Below, in pieces: positions 62,500-64,000 of a DNA stretch of 64,000 bases. The stretch's first letter is position 1, and each line of letters begins with the position of its first letter. A model generated the notes under the pieces. That model saw nothing but the letters and a program-made list of their open reading frames with translations. It was not told the DNA's origin and ran no database searches. Source of the DNA: Leucoraja erinacea (lineage: Eukaryota); contig NC_073407.1 of the NCBI RefSeq assembly GCF_028641065.1, positions 21,762,001 to 21,826,000 on the forward strand, read 5' to 3'. The position numbers and the translations under genes are program-made.

Positions 62500-62950
62500 T
62501 TCATAAGTTATAGGAGCAGAAATAGGCCATTCAAGCCCTCTCTGCCATTTAATCATGCCTGATCTATCTTCCCCTCCCATTTTCCTGCCTTCTCCCCATA
62601 ACCCCTGACACCCCAACTAATCAAGAATCTGTCAATATCCACCGCCTTCTGTGGCAATGAATTCCACAGTTTCACCACCCTCTGACTAAAGAAATCACTT
62701 CTAATCTCCTTTCTGACAATACATCCTTTAATTCTGAGGCTGTGGTCTCTGATCCTAGACTCTCCCACAAGTGGAAACATTATCTCCACATCCACTCTAT
62801 CCAGGCCCATCACTGGTTAGTTCGGTAAGTTTCAACGAGGTCCCACCCCCCCTCCCTCCCCGTCATCCTTCTAAACACCAGCGACTACAGTCCCAGTGCC
62901 GTCAAACGCTCATCGTATGTTAACCCACTCATGCCTGGGATCGTTCTCGT
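62500..62950 (-). mobile_element. Older CR1 3' fragment
   Basis: ORF 62553-62813 GLDRVDVEIMFPLVGESRIRDHSLRIKG..QRVVKLWNSLP. Confidence 0.82.
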
Positions 62951-63959
62951 AGGTTCCACCTGGGAACCGGCGGAAGTGGCATGGGAGCGGACCACCCTTG
63001 GCCTGGAGGGAGCGGACCACCCTTGGCCTGAGAAGAGTTGCAAACAAGCTAAGTAATCCCAAAAAAGATCTCATGTTTAAGCAAATGATACAAATTACGA
63101 GTGAAATTATTTTTTGATATTTGCCATCATCTTTGCCATTATCAAATATAGAAACATAGACAACAGGTGCAGGAGTAGGCCATTCGGCCCTTCGAGCCTG
63201 CACCGCCATTCAACATCATCATGGCTGATCATCCAACTCAAATATGTCGTGGTCAAATTTAATTTGAGATAAGATTTTTAGTATGTTGGGTTAAGGAGTG
63301 AAGTGAGGTGTGTGAAATGGGCACAAGATCAGCCATGACCTCACCGCATATTGGAACAGTTTCCACGATCTTATCATTGACCGCGACACACTTGGATAAT
63401 CACAAAATCAATACTGGTTCATTTCAGCCCAAATTGAGAAGGAAATGTGTTCCCTTTCCCCTGCCTGGTTGAATATATGTGGCCCCACCAGCCTCTCCTC
63501 CTCCAGCTCTCTGGGGTGGCCATTGTGTTTGACCAAACCAGCTCCAACCGATTCAGTAGGAAGTCCCTGTTCCAGGGCACCTGCGGTTGGCACTGAACGC
63601 TGGCATTCCCAGCACCGGAATCGTCACGTCCTAAGAATACACTTTAATACAGGAACATGCAAGATGAAAGCAAAGTTCACACTAATAGAGTCCCTTTTAT
63701 ACACCACAGAACAGTTCGGTACAGGAACAGGCCCGTTGGCCAAATATGTCTGTGCCAAACATGCAGCCAATCTAAATTTATCTCATCTATTCCCTGCCTG
63801 TTTTATTGGATTAAATGTCCCCTAAAATATCACTCTAATATCTGCTTTTACCACGTTCCCTGGCAACACATTCCAGTTACCCATATCTCTCTCTCTCTGT
63901 TAAAAAAAAACTTGCCTTATAAATCTGCTTTAAACTTTCACAGTCTCACCTGAAACTTA

Positions 63960-64000
63960 AGCCCCTGTCCCACTTACGTGTCCTTGGCACGCTAATTACA
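63960..64000. mobile_element. Left end of a Harbinger-like MITE (runs off window)
   Basis: tta|agcccctgtcccactt. Confidence 0.6.

Noticed and set aside
62910-63209. Hydrophobic MRSFLGLLSLFATLL stretch as candidate collagen exon 1
   Set aside because: The ORF starts in a CR1 tail, has no suitable phase-1 donor, and includes a short local duplication.

Overview
Vertebrate genomic DNA, most likely a cartilaginous fish (skate/ray), inferred from the HE1/V-SINE, CR1/HER1, Penelope and DeuSINE-type repeat content. The only host coding sequence I can support is three minus-strand exons (47546-47713, 25626-25842, 23944-24106). They splice in frame into the N-terminal TSPN/laminin-G domain of a clade B fibrillar collagen (type V/XI family; exons 2-4). 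Exons 1 and 5 were not found, so the whole window is probably inside this gene. The introns are packed with nested repeats: CR1 LINE 3' ends, tRNA-derived V-SINEs, Rex1/Babar fragments, Penelope-like (PLE) fragments, Harbinger-, hAT- and P-like MITEs, old DeuSINEs and mini/microsatellites. There are three N-gaps. The most notable observation is a large population of short, often palindromic PLE-derived inserts with 10-14 bp target-site duplications (TSDs), most carrying a minimal hammerhead-ribozyme core; one copy has a complete stem I and lies on the collagen pre-mRNA strand. All family assignments are by eye and from memory; no searches were run, and repeat boundaries are approximate unless a TSD is given.
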